Of a stretch of 64,000 bases of DNA, positions 63,939-64,000 are shown piece by piece. A program made the translations under genes and the position numbers. The notes beneath the pieces were generated by a model, which saw nothing but the letters and a program-made list of their open reading frames with translations, did not search any database and had not been told where the DNA came from. Position 1 is the stretch's first letter. Each line of letters starts with the position of its first letter. Origin of the DNA: Octopus sinensis (taxonomy: Eukaryota); contig NC_043001.1 in NCBI RefSeq assembly GCF_006345805.1, forward strand, positions 44,020,001-44,084,000, written 5' to 3'.

Positions 63939-64000
63939 TAGTGGTTCTCAACTGGGGTCCATATGGCCCCTTGGAGTCCGTATAAGATTTCTGGGCTTCC
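63939..64000 (+). mobile_element. Left end of a hAT (Charlie-like) element running out of the window
   Basis: TAGTGGTTCTCAAC terminus preceded by the palindromic 8-mer gtttaaac, typical of hAT target sites. Confidence 0.55.

Overview
AT-rich animal genomic DNA. The SINE and RTE-LINE families and the (GAT)n, (TA)n and (CA)n microsatellites point to an octopod cephalopod, probably Octopus; this is inferred, not verified. Most ORFs in the supplied track are chance frames or transposon debris, because the real genes are spliced. (1) The last six coding exons (TM3 to stop) of a divergent adhesion-type GPCR lie on + at 1145-13174. (2) A complete two-exon BTB/POZ-BACK protein CDS (483 aa, BTBD17-like) lies on - at 28037-32135. 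(3) A further unidentified spliced gene probably lies on -, with four phase-compatible exons between 48145 and 59148, none present in the ORF track. (4) A CpG-retaining, promoter-like zone occupies about 62-64 kb. The rest is mobile DNA: one near-complete RTE LINE with a PHD finger inserted inside its reverse transcriptase, an RT-deleted sister copy, a second RTE family, two full-length decayed mariners plus a fragment, a pogo/Tigger remnant, MITEs, a Penelope-like element with direct terminal repeats, and three tRNA-derived SINE families. Most notable: a candidate type-I hammerhead ribozyme in sense orientation in a GPCR intron (5051-5119), a near-perfect 261-bp palindrome (57061-57321), a tail-to-tail inverted retroelement pair (10011-10388) and a near-identical 478-bp tandem duplication. 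No rRNA, true tRNA or CRISPR array was found.
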